DNA of 64,000 nt, from positions 23,653 to 87,652 of the forward strand of contig SKMN01000028.1 of NCBI GenBank assembly GCA_007121015.1. Reading direction: 5' to 3'. The notes under the pieces were generated by a model. That model was not told the origin of the DNA. It saw only the letters and a program-made list of their open reading frames with translations, and did not search any database. Both the position numbers and the translations under genes were made by a program. This DNA comes from Coriobacteriia bacterium (GTDB lineage: Bacteria; Actinomycetota; Coriobacteriia; Anaerosomatales; SLCP01). Of this stretch, positions 37,096-44,761 are shown piece by piece. Each line of letters begins with the position of its first letter. Position 1 is the stretch's first letter.

Positions 37096-37815
37096 TTGCC
37101 CGTGTGGCAGACGATCAAGGAAGTCATTTTCGAGGCACTACAGTACCTGCACGCTGTCACCGGGGACTACGGGGCAGCGATTATCCTGCTTACGGTGTCG
37201 ATTCGTCTGCTCATGGTCCCCCTGACCGTCAAACAGACACGCTCGATGTACGAGCTCCAGCGGATCCAGCCGAAGATCAAGCAACTTCAGAAGAAGTACA
37301 AGAACGACAAGGAGAAGCTCCAAGAGGAGACCCTGAAGTTCTACCAGGAGAATAAGATCAACCCCTTCGGCGGCTGCTTGCCGCTTCTTCTGCAGATGCC
37401 GGTCTTCATCGCGCTCTACCAGGTACTCGGAGGCACCGCAGAGCGGCCAGGTCTCTTTCTCGAGTACATAGCCGGGCTTCCCGAAGTACAGCAGGAGGCG
37501 ATGAGGCGATTCTGGATAATTCTTCCAGACCTAACAGCGACGCCGTCATCAGTCTGGTCAGCGAACGGGATACTAGCGGCTTTCCCGTACATCGCACTCG
37601 TCGCCCTATTCGGCTTGAGCATCTGGCTTCCACAGATGCTCATGCCTGGTGAAAAACAACAGAAGCAGATAATCGGCATCATGGCCGTCATGATGCTGTA
37701 CATAGGTTGGATCAGCCCGTCCGGGGTGCTTCTGTACTGGGTGACGTCCAGCATACTCGGCATCGGACAGCAGCAGATCCAGATGAAGTTCCTCACACGC
37801 AGAGAGGAAGAGTGA
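37096..37815 (+). CDS. yidC: Membrane protein insertase YidC (short Gram-positive type)
   Basis: …YGAAIILLTVSIRLLMVPLTVKQTRSMYELQRIQPKIKQLQKKYKNDKEKLQEETLKFYQENKINPFGGCLPLLLQMPVFIALYQVL…. Start is TTG 37096 or GTG 37102, downstream of GAGGAGG. Confidence 0.92.
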   Translation: MPVWQTIKEVIFEALQYLHAVTGDYGAAIILLTVSIRLLMVPLTVKQTRSMYELQRIQPKIKQLQKKYKNDKEKLQEETLKFYQENKINPFGGCLPLLLQMPVFIALYQVLGGTAERPGLFLEYIAGLPEVQQEAMRRFWIILPDLTATPSSVWSANGILAAFPYIALVALFGLSIWLPQMLMPGEKQQKQIIGIMAVMMLYIGWISPSGVLLYWVTSSILGIGQQQIQMKFLTRREEE

Positions 37816-37820
37816 TCGTC

Positions 37821-38600
37821 ATGATACGGGAGAGCATCGGAGAGGGGCCGACAGTCGAGGAAGCGATCGACGCGGCCCTCGCAGAACTGGGCGTTCAGCA
37901 AGATGCAGTCGAATTCGAGGTGCTCGAGGAGCCGTCACGCAAGATCCTCGGTCTTGGTGTCGAGCGGGGCGCACGCGTCCGCGTCTGGCTGAAGGACGAG
38001 TTCATCGCGCAGATCGTGGATGGGCGCGAGGTCAGACAACAGGAGCCCGAGCACATAGACTCTCCCCTGCCGGCCGAGGCGGACTCTCAGGGTGCCGACC
38101 CGATCGCCAAGTCGACGGGCGCCGCACTCTCAGAAGAGGAGCTCGATGCTGTCGCAGATGCCGCGAGCGATACCATCAACGTGATCCTCGAGTCCTTCGG
38201 AATCGAGGCCGAGGTCGAGGAGTACGAAGGAGACGAGGACGAGATCATCCTGGACGTCGTCGGCGGCGACATGGCGGTTCTCATCGGTCGACACGGCCGC
38301 ACGCTCGATAGCATCCAGGTCCTCACGTCGGCGATCACGAACAAGCGGCTCGGTTTCAGGCACCCGGTCATCATCGATATCGAAGGGTATCGAAACCGCC
38401 GGAAGGCTAAGCTGGAGGAGATCGGCTTCCGCGCCGCTGCACGAGCAGTGCGGCAGGGAACCCCGGTGAAACTGCGCCCGATGTCTGCACTCGAGCGCCG
38501 GGTCATCCATATCTCCCTCCGTGACGATCCGAAAGTACAGACCGCAAGCGAGGGCGACGAGCCGTATCGTTCGGTCGTTGTGTCGCCGAGCCGGCGCTGA
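37821..38600 (+). CDS. jag: Jag/KhpB RNA-binding protein (Jag_N + KH + R3H domains)
   Basis: ATG 37821 gives MIRESIGEGPTVEEAIDAALAELGVQQDAVEFEVLEEPSRKILGLG…; C-terminal …IGRHGRTLDSIQVL…LRPMSALERRVIHISLRDDPKVQTASEGDEPYRSVVV (R3H). Conserved position after yidC. Confidence 0.88.
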   Translation: MIRESIGEGPTVEEAIDAALAELGVQQDAVEFEVLEEPSRKILGLGVERGARVRVWLKDEFIAQIVDGREVRQQEPEHIDSPLPAEADSQGADPIAKSTGAALSEEELDAVADAASDTINVILESFGIEAEVEEYEGDEDEIILDVVGGDMAVLIGRHGRTLDSIQVLTSAITNKRLGFRHPVIIDIEGYRNRRKAKLEEIGFRAAARAVRQGTPVKLRPMSALERRVIHISLRDDPKVQTASEGDEPYRSVVVSPSRR

Positions 38601-38640
38601 AAGTCCTTCGTCAGCCCGATATATCCCCCATGTTCAAGAG

Positions 38641-38678
38641 AACGGCGCCCCGCCACCACGGCTCGGGCGCCGTTTTTC
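38641..38678 (+). terminator. Rho-independent terminator after jag
   Basis: AACGGCGCCC / GGGCGCCGTT form a 10-bp stem around a 14-nt loop. The 3' arm runs into TTTTT (38673-38677). The element lies 41 nt after the jag stop. Confidence 0.7.
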
Positions 38679-38956
38679 GTGGCTCCCGGGTCCCGCTCAC
38701 TCGAGGGCCGCTCTTGACCCAAGAAGCCAACAGGACGAGGGGACATGGTCCAGGCGCCGGTGCGCGATCCGAAGTCCCGATGATCCCGAGTGCGATCGCG
38801 GGGCCTGTTGCGCTCCGGCTGCGTCGTTTACGTGACATTCTGGCCGAGCGCTGTCGAGAACCAGCGGCACACCGAGTCTTGTCAGCTGACGGGGCATTTT
38901 AGTACACAACGGGATGCCGAGCGTGCAGGACGCATCCGAGATGGGGCTCCTGATAC

Positions 38957-38987
38957 GCGAGAACGTGGCGCACGGCCACGTTCTCGC
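38957..38987. promoter_or_regulatory. Perfect 12-bp inverted repeat (operator-like) abutting a TATAGT -10-like hexamer
   Basis: GCGAGAACGTGG-cgcacgg-CCACGTTCTCGC (38957-38987) is followed 1 nt later by TATAGT (38989-38994). It lies ~35 nt upstream of parS-1 and ~115 nt upstream of the rsmG start. Confidence 0.45.
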
Positions 38988-39026
38988 GTATAGTCTGAGC
39001 GGCACGGGGCAGGGCGAAGGCGGTGA

Positions 39027-39042
39027 GGTTTCACGTGAAACA
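39027..39042. promoter_or_regulatory. parS centromere-like site 1
   Basis: gGTTTCACGTGAAACa contains the perfect 14-bp palindrome GTTTCACGTGAAAC, identical to the core of the conserved ParB-binding parS consensus tGTTNCACGTGAAACa. Confidence 0.85.
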
Positions 39043-39061
39043 CTCGCACGCAGCCCACTCA

Positions 39062-39077
39062 TGTTTCACGTGAAACC
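39062..39077. promoter_or_regulatory. parS centromere-like site 2
   Basis: TGTTTCACGTGAAACc is a second perfect copy of the 14-bp palindrome, 35 bp centre-to-centre from site 1. It overlaps the alternative ATG (39061) of rsmG. Confidence 0.85.
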
Positions 39078-39105
39078 TCCACTCGTTCGATGCAAGGGAC
39101 TCGAT

Positions 39106-39819
39106 GTGAACTCGGAGGCGATACTGCGATCCGCACTCGAGCGGGCAGGGTTCTCGGAAAACAGCCGAAACATCGAACTGATGGGTAGGCATCTCGACGC
39201 TGTCCTCGAGGCAAATCAACGAATCAATCTCACCGCGATTCGAAACGTCGATTCAGCCGTGCTGCTCCATGTCGTCGATTCGCTGATGTGCACGTCAGAG
39301 CTTGCGGATGCACCCGAGGGGCCGCTCGCCGACCTTGGCAGCGGAGCTGGGTTCCCCGGCGTGCCCCTCGCGATCGTATCGGGCCGCGAAGCGGTTCTGG
39401 TGGAGTCGGTAGGCAAGAAGGCGAGCTTTCTCCGAGAAGTGGTCGGACGGTTGGGTCTGGAGGGCCGTGTGCGGGTCGAGTCGGCGCGGGCCGAAGAGCT
39501 TGCGCGCAGCGATCGTGGACGATTTGCCGCGGTGACGGCGCGAGCAGTTTCCAGCCTTCCCGCCCTCGTCGAGCTCGCCTCGCCTCTCCTCATGCAGGGA
39601 GGACGCCTAATCGCACTGAAGGGGCGCATGGACCCGGAGGAAGTCGAGAGCGGACGCGCGGTGGGGGAATTGGTGGGGATGTCCGCGGGCGAACCCAGAC
39701 AGTACCGCCTTCTCGGGCGCGAAGATGCACGTTCATGCGTGACGTTCACGAAAATCGGCAGCGAGACGATAGATCTGCCCCGCCGGAACGGGATGGCGCA
39801 GCGTCGCCCGTTGAGATGA
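39106..39819 (+). CDS. rsmG: 16S rRNA (guanine527-N7)-methyltransferase RsmG (GidB)
   Basis: …LDAVLEANQRINLTAIRNVDSAVLLHVVDSL…LADLGSGAGFPGVPLAI…VESVGKKASFL…VTARAV…GGRLIALKG…. Start is GTG 39106 (preferred, clear of parS) or ATG 39061. Confidence 0.88.
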   Translation: MNSEAILRSALERAGFSENSRNIELMGRHLDAVLEANQRINLTAIRNVDSAVLLHVVDSLMCTSELADAPEGPLADLGSGAGFPGVPLAIVSGREAVLVESVGKKASFLREVVGRLGLEGRVRVESARAEELARSDRGRFAAVTARAVSSLPALVELASPLLMQGGRLIALKGRMDPEEVESGRAVGELVGMSAGEPRQYRLLGREDARSCVTFTKIGSETIDLPRRNGMAQRRPLR

Positions 39820-39918
39820 GGCGATGCTTCCGCAGCCGCTACCGATGACCTATACTGTTGAGCGGCTCGGACGACATGGATAGCGTTGCGGTTGTTAGGG
39901 AGGGGGCGAGAGTCGGAC

Positions 39919-40716
39919 GTGATTGAAGAAGCGTGTGTTCATCCGACCTCCGGTGCTCGTGTGTTGGCCGTCGTCAACCAGAAGGGCGGCGTCGGCAAGA
40001 GCACGACCGCGGTGAACCTTGCTGCATGCCTCGGTGACGCCGGGCGAAAAGTCCTGCTCGTGGATCTCGACCCCCAAGGTAACGCCACATCCGGATACGG
40101 CCTCAACAAGAACCAGCGGCAGGCATGCATCTACGATGCCTTGCTTGGGGACGAGCCTCTCGCGGCTCTGATCGAGCCGGTCGAAATCGAACATGTGTTC
40201 GTAGTGCCGGCGACGATACAGCTGGCCGGCGCGGAGATAGAATTGGTCTCCGCACTCAGCAGGGAGGCGCGCCTCAAGACAATCCTCGAACCGGTACTCG
40301 GTGATTTCGACTTCGTGATCGTTGATTGCCCACCGTCACTCGGGCTCCTTACAATCAACGCGCTTACTGCAGCTCAGGGGCTTGTCATCCCAATCCAATG
40401 CGAGTACTACGCACTCGAGGGACTGTCGAAACTGCTTGACAGCGTGCGATTGGTCAAGGCTCACCTCAACCCTCGGCTCGAGGTGTTCGGCGTCGTCATG
40501 ACGATGTTCGATGTCAGGACTCGGCTTTCACAGCAAGTCGTGGATGAAGTGCGTGACTTCTTTGGGGAGAAGGTCTTCGCGTCGCTCATCCCGCGCAGCG
40601 TGCGTCTGTCCGAGGCCCCGAGCTTCGGGCAGCCTGTGACGTTATACGATCCCTCGGGGAAGGGCGCCGAGGCATACAGGGCACTCTCTAGAGAGGTGAT
40701 TGACCGTGTCGAATAA
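39919..40716 (+). CDS. parA: Chromosome partitioning ATPase ParA/Soj
   Basis: Deviant Walker A …VLAVVNQKGGVGKSTTAVNLAACL…, …LVDLDPQGNATSG…, …DFVIVDCPPSLGLLTINAL…. Start is GTG 39919; TTG 39886 is the alternative. Confidence 0.92.
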   Translation: MIEEACVHPTSGARVLAVVNQKGGVGKSTTAVNLAACLGDAGRKVLLVDLDPQGNATSGYGLNKNQRQACIYDALLGDEPLAALIEPVEIEHVFVVPATIQLAGAEIELVSALSREARLKTILEPVLGDFDFVIVDCPPSLGLLTINALTAAQGLVIPIQCEYYALEGLSKLLDSVRLVKAHLNPRLEVFGVVMTMFDVRTRLSQQVVDEVRDFFGEKVFASLIPRSVRLSEAPSFGQPVTLYDPSGKGAEAYRALSREVIDRVE

Positions 40717-41587
40717 GCGAGGCCTGGGGCGCGGACTGTCGGCGCTCATACCTAACGCAGGGCAGGAAGGTAGCGACACGGAGGTCAACGAGATCGCCGT
40801 GGATCAGGTGACCCCGAACCCGAAGCAGCCGCGGACGGACATCGACGAACAAGGGGTAGCGGAACTCGCCGAATCGATACGCCGCGTAGGGATGCTCCAG
40901 CCCATCATCGTGAGACCACACGGCGAGGGATACCAGATAATCGCGGGTGAGAGACGGTGGAGAGCTGCCCGTATGGCGGGGCTTGAGCGAGTGCCGGTGC
41001 GGGTCCTGACGAAGACCGAGTCGGAGTCCCTCGAACTCGCGCTGATAGAGAACCTGCAGAGAGAGGACCTGAACCCGATCGAAGAGGCGCGAGGGTACCG
41101 GCGTCTGCTCTCCGAGCACCAGATGACCCAAGCAGAACTCGCAGATAACGTCTCGAAGTCACGCTCCACGATAACGAACGCGTTGCGTCTCCTCGATCTG
41201 CCAGAAGACGTACAGACGCTGGTCTACGAGGGCCAACTCTCGGCGGGTCACGCCCGGGCCGTCCTTTCCGTGCCGGACGAGGGATCACGTTCGCGTCTTG
41301 CCCAAAAGGTCGTGACAGAAGGCTTATCGGTGCGGGAAGCTGAGAACATCGCGCGCCTGTATGTTGCAGGTCAGATCGAGCGGGTGCCTCGGCCGGCGAC
41401 TCCGAAGTCGTTCAAGATCGTGGCACGCAAGCTTCGCAAGATCCTCGGCACAGGTGTGCGGGTGCGACAAACCGAGCGCAAGGGGAAGATAGAGATCGAC
41501 TTCCAGGGCGAAGAAGAGCTCGAGCGCATCTTCCGTGTGCTGGTGGAAGGGGACGCCGGCGTGGGGGCGGAGGAGGTGTCGACGTGA
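40706..41587 (+). CDS. parB: Chromosome partitioning protein ParB/Spo0J
   Basis: GTG 40706 gives VSNKRGLGRGLSALIP…VDQVTPNPKQPRTDIDEQGVAELAESIRRVGMLQPIIVRP…YQIIAGERRWRAA… (ParB boxes, arginine patch) plus an HTH. It overlaps the parA end by 11 nt. Confidence 0.92.
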   Translation: MSNKRGLGRGLSALIPNAGQEGSDTEVNEIAVDQVTPNPKQPRTDIDEQGVAELAESIRRVGMLQPIIVRPHGEGYQIIAGERRWRAARMAGLERVPVRVLTKTESESLELALIENLQREDLNPIEEARGYRRLLSEHQMTQAELADNVSKSRSTITNALRLLDLPEDVQTLVYEGQLSAGHARAVLSVPDEGSRSRLAQKVVTEGLSVREAENIARLYVAGQIERVPRPATPKSFKIVARKLRKILGTGVRVRQTERKGKIEIDFQGEEELERIFRVLVEGDAGVGAEEVST

Positions 41588-41883
41588 GATATAAACTGGA
41601 ATATTTTGCCATTGGGCTGGTCGTAGGCGCCACCCTAGGGTTCCTGGCGGGCGTCCTCTTCGCGCCGACCAGTGGACAGCGCACGAGGCGCCGCCTCGCG
41701 ATCGAGGCGCGTAGGGCTGCCGAGGTGGCACGGACCGTCGCGGAGCGAGCAGAAGACGCCGCCGAGACGCTCGGAGGCAGGGTAGAGCACTACCTCGGGC
41801 GCGACGAAGAGGTCGCGTGGCGCAAGGTACGAGAGATCAGGGAAGGCGTCCAGCGCTACACGCGCGCCCAGTCCACCTCGTGA
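41584..41883 (+). CDS. YtxH domain-containing protein
   Basis: GTG 41584 (GTGA overlap with the parB stop). …FAIGLVVGATLGFLAGVLFAPTSGQRTRRRL… is the YtxH motif, followed by a helical charged tail. 99 aa. Confidence 0.75.
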   Translation: MRYKLEYFAIGLVVGATLGFLAGVLFAPTSGQRTRRRLAIEARRAAEVARTVAERAEDAAETLGGRVEHYLGRDEEVAWRKVREIREGVQRYTRAQSTS

Positions 41884-41932
41884 TGACGTCAGAACCGTGT
41901 GAGAGGATGCCGTCGTCGACGAGGAGGACGGC

Positions 41933-44761
41933 ATGCAGCTCACGGTCGTGACGGGAAGGGCGAACTCAGGCAAGACGCGGTTCTTGCACGAAGAGGTCGC
42001 TAGAGGGATCGAGGCGGGGGAGTGCCCGACACTGCTCGTCCCGACGTTTCCCGATGCCGTCAGGGTGGAGACAGAACTCGCCGACAAAGGGCTTTCGGGC
42101 ATCAGGGTGGTCGCTTTCGACCGTTACCTGTCGGAACTGTGGCGGTCGCACGGGGACGGGCGACGGTTTCCGAGCCGCCTGGAGCGTCGCGCACTCATGT
42201 CAGAGGCGATAGAAGCGACGAGCGTCATCGAACACGACACACTTGTCGGGTGTACGGGTTTCCGTGACATGCTCGGTGACATCGCGGGCCGCCTTTCGCC
42301 TGATGACACCGTCCGCGCAAGCGGCCTTTCCCATGAGGACAGGGAGATCGCCTCCATCATCGTGACGTACCGAGCCCTTTGTCAGCAGCGGGGCATCGTC
42401 GAACCACTCGGTGCTGCATCGGTGTTGGCGCAGGACCCGCCTATCGTCGAGGGCCCGGTCGTCGCCAACCGGTTCGCGTCGCTCTCGCGCTCGGAAGAAC
42501 TGCTGCTGACGGGGCTTGCTCGACGCAACGCAGTCACGGTGGCGCTCACGTGGGAGCAAGGTCATCCGGCGACCGAGGCAGTCGAGCCGCTCCTGTTCCG
42601 CTTGCTCGGTGGGGGGGCACGACACGTCGTGGCAGAAGGCGACGCCACTGTCAGTGGGGAACTCACGCAGATCGAGCGGCAGCTGTATCGACCAAGCTCC
42701 AGGGTGCGAGCCACCGGAGAGGTCTCGATAGCTTCGGCCACCGACGAGATCTCCGAGGCTGGCCTGGTGGGCGACATCGTGCGCGCTCACGTATGTCGAG
42801 GGGTTCCGCCAAACCACATAGCCGTGGTCTTCAGGGACCCCGCGCGCAGGAGCCATGCGTTGAGTGCGATCGCAGACAAGGCTGGCGCCGGGGTGCACCT
42901 CGACATCCTCGTCCCATTCTCGCGGACCCCGTACGGCGCGGCCTTCCTGGCCCTGCTCGACACCGTGTCAGGGCGTGTCGCCGACAGGAGGCGGATGCTC
43001 GCGTTCCTTGCGACACCGTATTCCGGGTGTTCGTTGGCTGAGGTGGGCGAGGCCGATATCCGGTGGCGTCGTGGCCGGGTCGAGGGCATGGCGCTTCTCG
43101 AGGACGTACATCGAGTCGGAACCGCTGCTGCTCGCGCAGTGGAACTTGCCCGTTCGGTCGTACACGGACCGCTCACCGAGAGCACCGAAATATGGCAGGA
43201 ACTGGCAGACACGCTTCTTGCGTCCGCCCAGGGCATCCGGCCTGCGGGTTCTGACGACGCTGCCCTTGACGTGGCTGCTCACACGGCGGTGTGCGATGCA
43301 ATGACGGCCGCTTTGCGGCTCGAGTCGCCGCGGGTGTCGGCCGCTGACGTCATCGAGACCCTCCGTGAAGCGAAGGTCGGACCGTTGCCAGCCCCCTCGG
43401 CGGAGACCGTGGTCGTGACCGAGGCGAAGCGTCTTCAGGGACGTCGTTTCGATGTCGTTGTGGTGGCAGGACTTTCCTCACGGGAGTTCTCACCGCTGAA
43501 GGCACACTCCGCCGCACAAGTCGTCGCAGAGCGGCTCGGGGCGCCTGCTGCGCCCGACGACTCCCTCCTGGAGCGCTCGCTCTTCTACTCTGTGGTGACG
43601 AGGGCGCGCATCCACCTGGCGCTCGTGCACCCGGCTTCGATCCCCGGCGACGAGGAAGCCGTCCCGTCGACCTTCATCAACGAGGTCCTCGACCTGTACC
43701 GGACTGACGAGGAGCGCATGAGCGGTGTACCGCCTAAGCAAGGGCCGACACGTGAGCGCATGGCATACCACCAGACTACACGCGATCCCGAGCAGGACAG
43801 ACCACACGGCGGCCGCACACCGCGTGTGCCGAGGAACACGCCGGGCGCAACTCGCGGAGGAGCGCCCGGCGCGGATTTCGTGCGAGCTCAGCTCGATAGG
43901 ACCGAACACTCGGTCTCGGAGATCGAGACGTATCTCGCATGTCCGTTCAAATGGTTCATCACGCACGTCGTTCGGGCCCGTGACGTAGACCGCGAGTTGG
44001 GGGTCGCAGAGCTTGGCTCGCTCGCCCACAGACTTCTCGCGGGTTTCTATGGCAAGTGGCGGGACGGTAAGGGAAGGTCGCGCGTGACCTCGGCTACGGT
44101 GGAGGAGGCCCTTTCGGTCCTTGCCGACATCGAGGAAACGGCGAGCACAAAGGTACATCCGCGTGACCTCGCGGAGCGTTTGGCTGTTACCGCAGTACAC
44201 GAGCGGGCGCGGGCGGTCGTGCGCGACGACGCCACGTTCCTTCCCGGCTTCGAGCCCGTCGAGCACGAGTTCGCGTTCGGCGTCGCGGTCGAGCGGCCGT
44301 TCGAATTCGGGAGCACGCAACTCGTGGGCACCATAGACCGTATCGATGCAAGTCCGGATGCGCTCGTCGTGACCGACTACAAATCGGGTTCCTCGGTCTC
44401 TGGGCACAAGCGCTTCTCTCGCGACGGGCTCGTCCAGCTACCCGTCTACGCTGCTGCCGCTAATCACTTCTTCGAACGACCAGTAGTCGGCGCCGTGTAT
44501 CGATCACTTGCATCACTGCAGGTCAGGGGTGCCTGGGTAGCGGCGCACGCGGATCTGAGCGAGCGAGGCGTCTCTACCGACTCCGTGGACGGCCCCGGGT
44601 TCGCGGCCCTCCTTGTCGAGGCCGAGGAGCGAACGGCGACGGCCGTGCGGGGCATGCGCGAGGGCCGGATATCGGTGGGGCCGTCACGAGACGGGTCGTG
44701 CAGGTTCTGCCTGGTCTCCGATGTGTGCGAGGAGGCGAGATCGACATGGGTGCCAAGCTGA
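41933..44761 (+). CDS. addB: AddB-type helicase-nuclease subunit (PD-(D/E)XK nuclease with Fe-S Cys motif)
   Basis: N-terminus MQLTVVTGRANSGKTRFL… (Walker A). C-terminal RecB-type nuclease …GTIDRIDASPDALVVTDYKSG…QLPVYAAAA… and a terminal CRFCLVSDVC (Cx2Cx5C), as in AddB. Confidence 0.8.
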   Translation: MQLTVVTGRANSGKTRFLHEEVARGIEAGECPTLLVPTFPDAVRVETELADKGLSGIRVVAFDRYLSELWRSHGDGRRFPSRLERRALMSEAIEATSVIEHDTLVGCTGFRDMLGDIAGRLSPDDTVRASGLSHEDREIASIIVTYRALCQQRGIVEPLGAASVLAQDPPIVEGPVVANRFASLSRSEELLLTGLARRNAVTVALTWEQGHPATEAVEPLLFRLLGGGARHVVAEGDATVSGELTQIERQLYRPSSRVRATGEVSIASATDEISEAGLVGDIVRAHVCRGVPPNHIAVVFRDPARRSHALSAIADKAGAGVHLDILVPFSRTPYGAAFLALLDTVSGRVADRRRMLAFLATPYSGCSLAEVGEADIRWRRGRVEGMALLEDVHRVGTAAARAVELARSVVHGPLTESTEIWQELADTLLASAQGIRPAGSDDAALDVAAHTAVCDAMTAALRLESPRVSAADVIETLREAKVGPLPAPSAETVVVTEAKRLQGRRFDVVVVAGLSSREFSPLKAHSAAQVVAERLGAPAAPDDSLLERSLFYSVVTRARIHLALVHPASIPGDEEAVPSTFINEVLDLYRTDEERMSGVPPKQGPTRERMAYHQTTRDPEQDRPHGGRTPRVPRNTPGATRGGAPGADFVRAQLDRTEHSVSEIETYLACPFKWFITHVVRARDVDRELGVAELGSLAHRLLAGFYGKWRDGKGRSRVTSATVEEALSVLADIEETASTKVHPRDLAERLAVTAVHERARAVVRDDATFLPGFEPVEHEFAFGVAVERPFEFGSTQLVGTIDRIDASPDALVVTDYKSGSSVSGHKRFSRDGLVQLPVYAAAANHFFERPVVGAVYRSLASLQVRGAWVAAHADLSERGVSTDSVDGPGFAALLVEAEERTATAVRGMREGRISVGPSRDGSCRFCLVSDVCEEARSTWVPS

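Noticed and set aside
38825-38838. Third parS-like sequence cGTTTACGTGACAt in the jag-rsmG spacer
   Set aside because: It needs a 1-nt deletion plus mismatches to align with GTTTCACGTGAAAC, and the palindrome is lost. It is most likely a chance resemblance.
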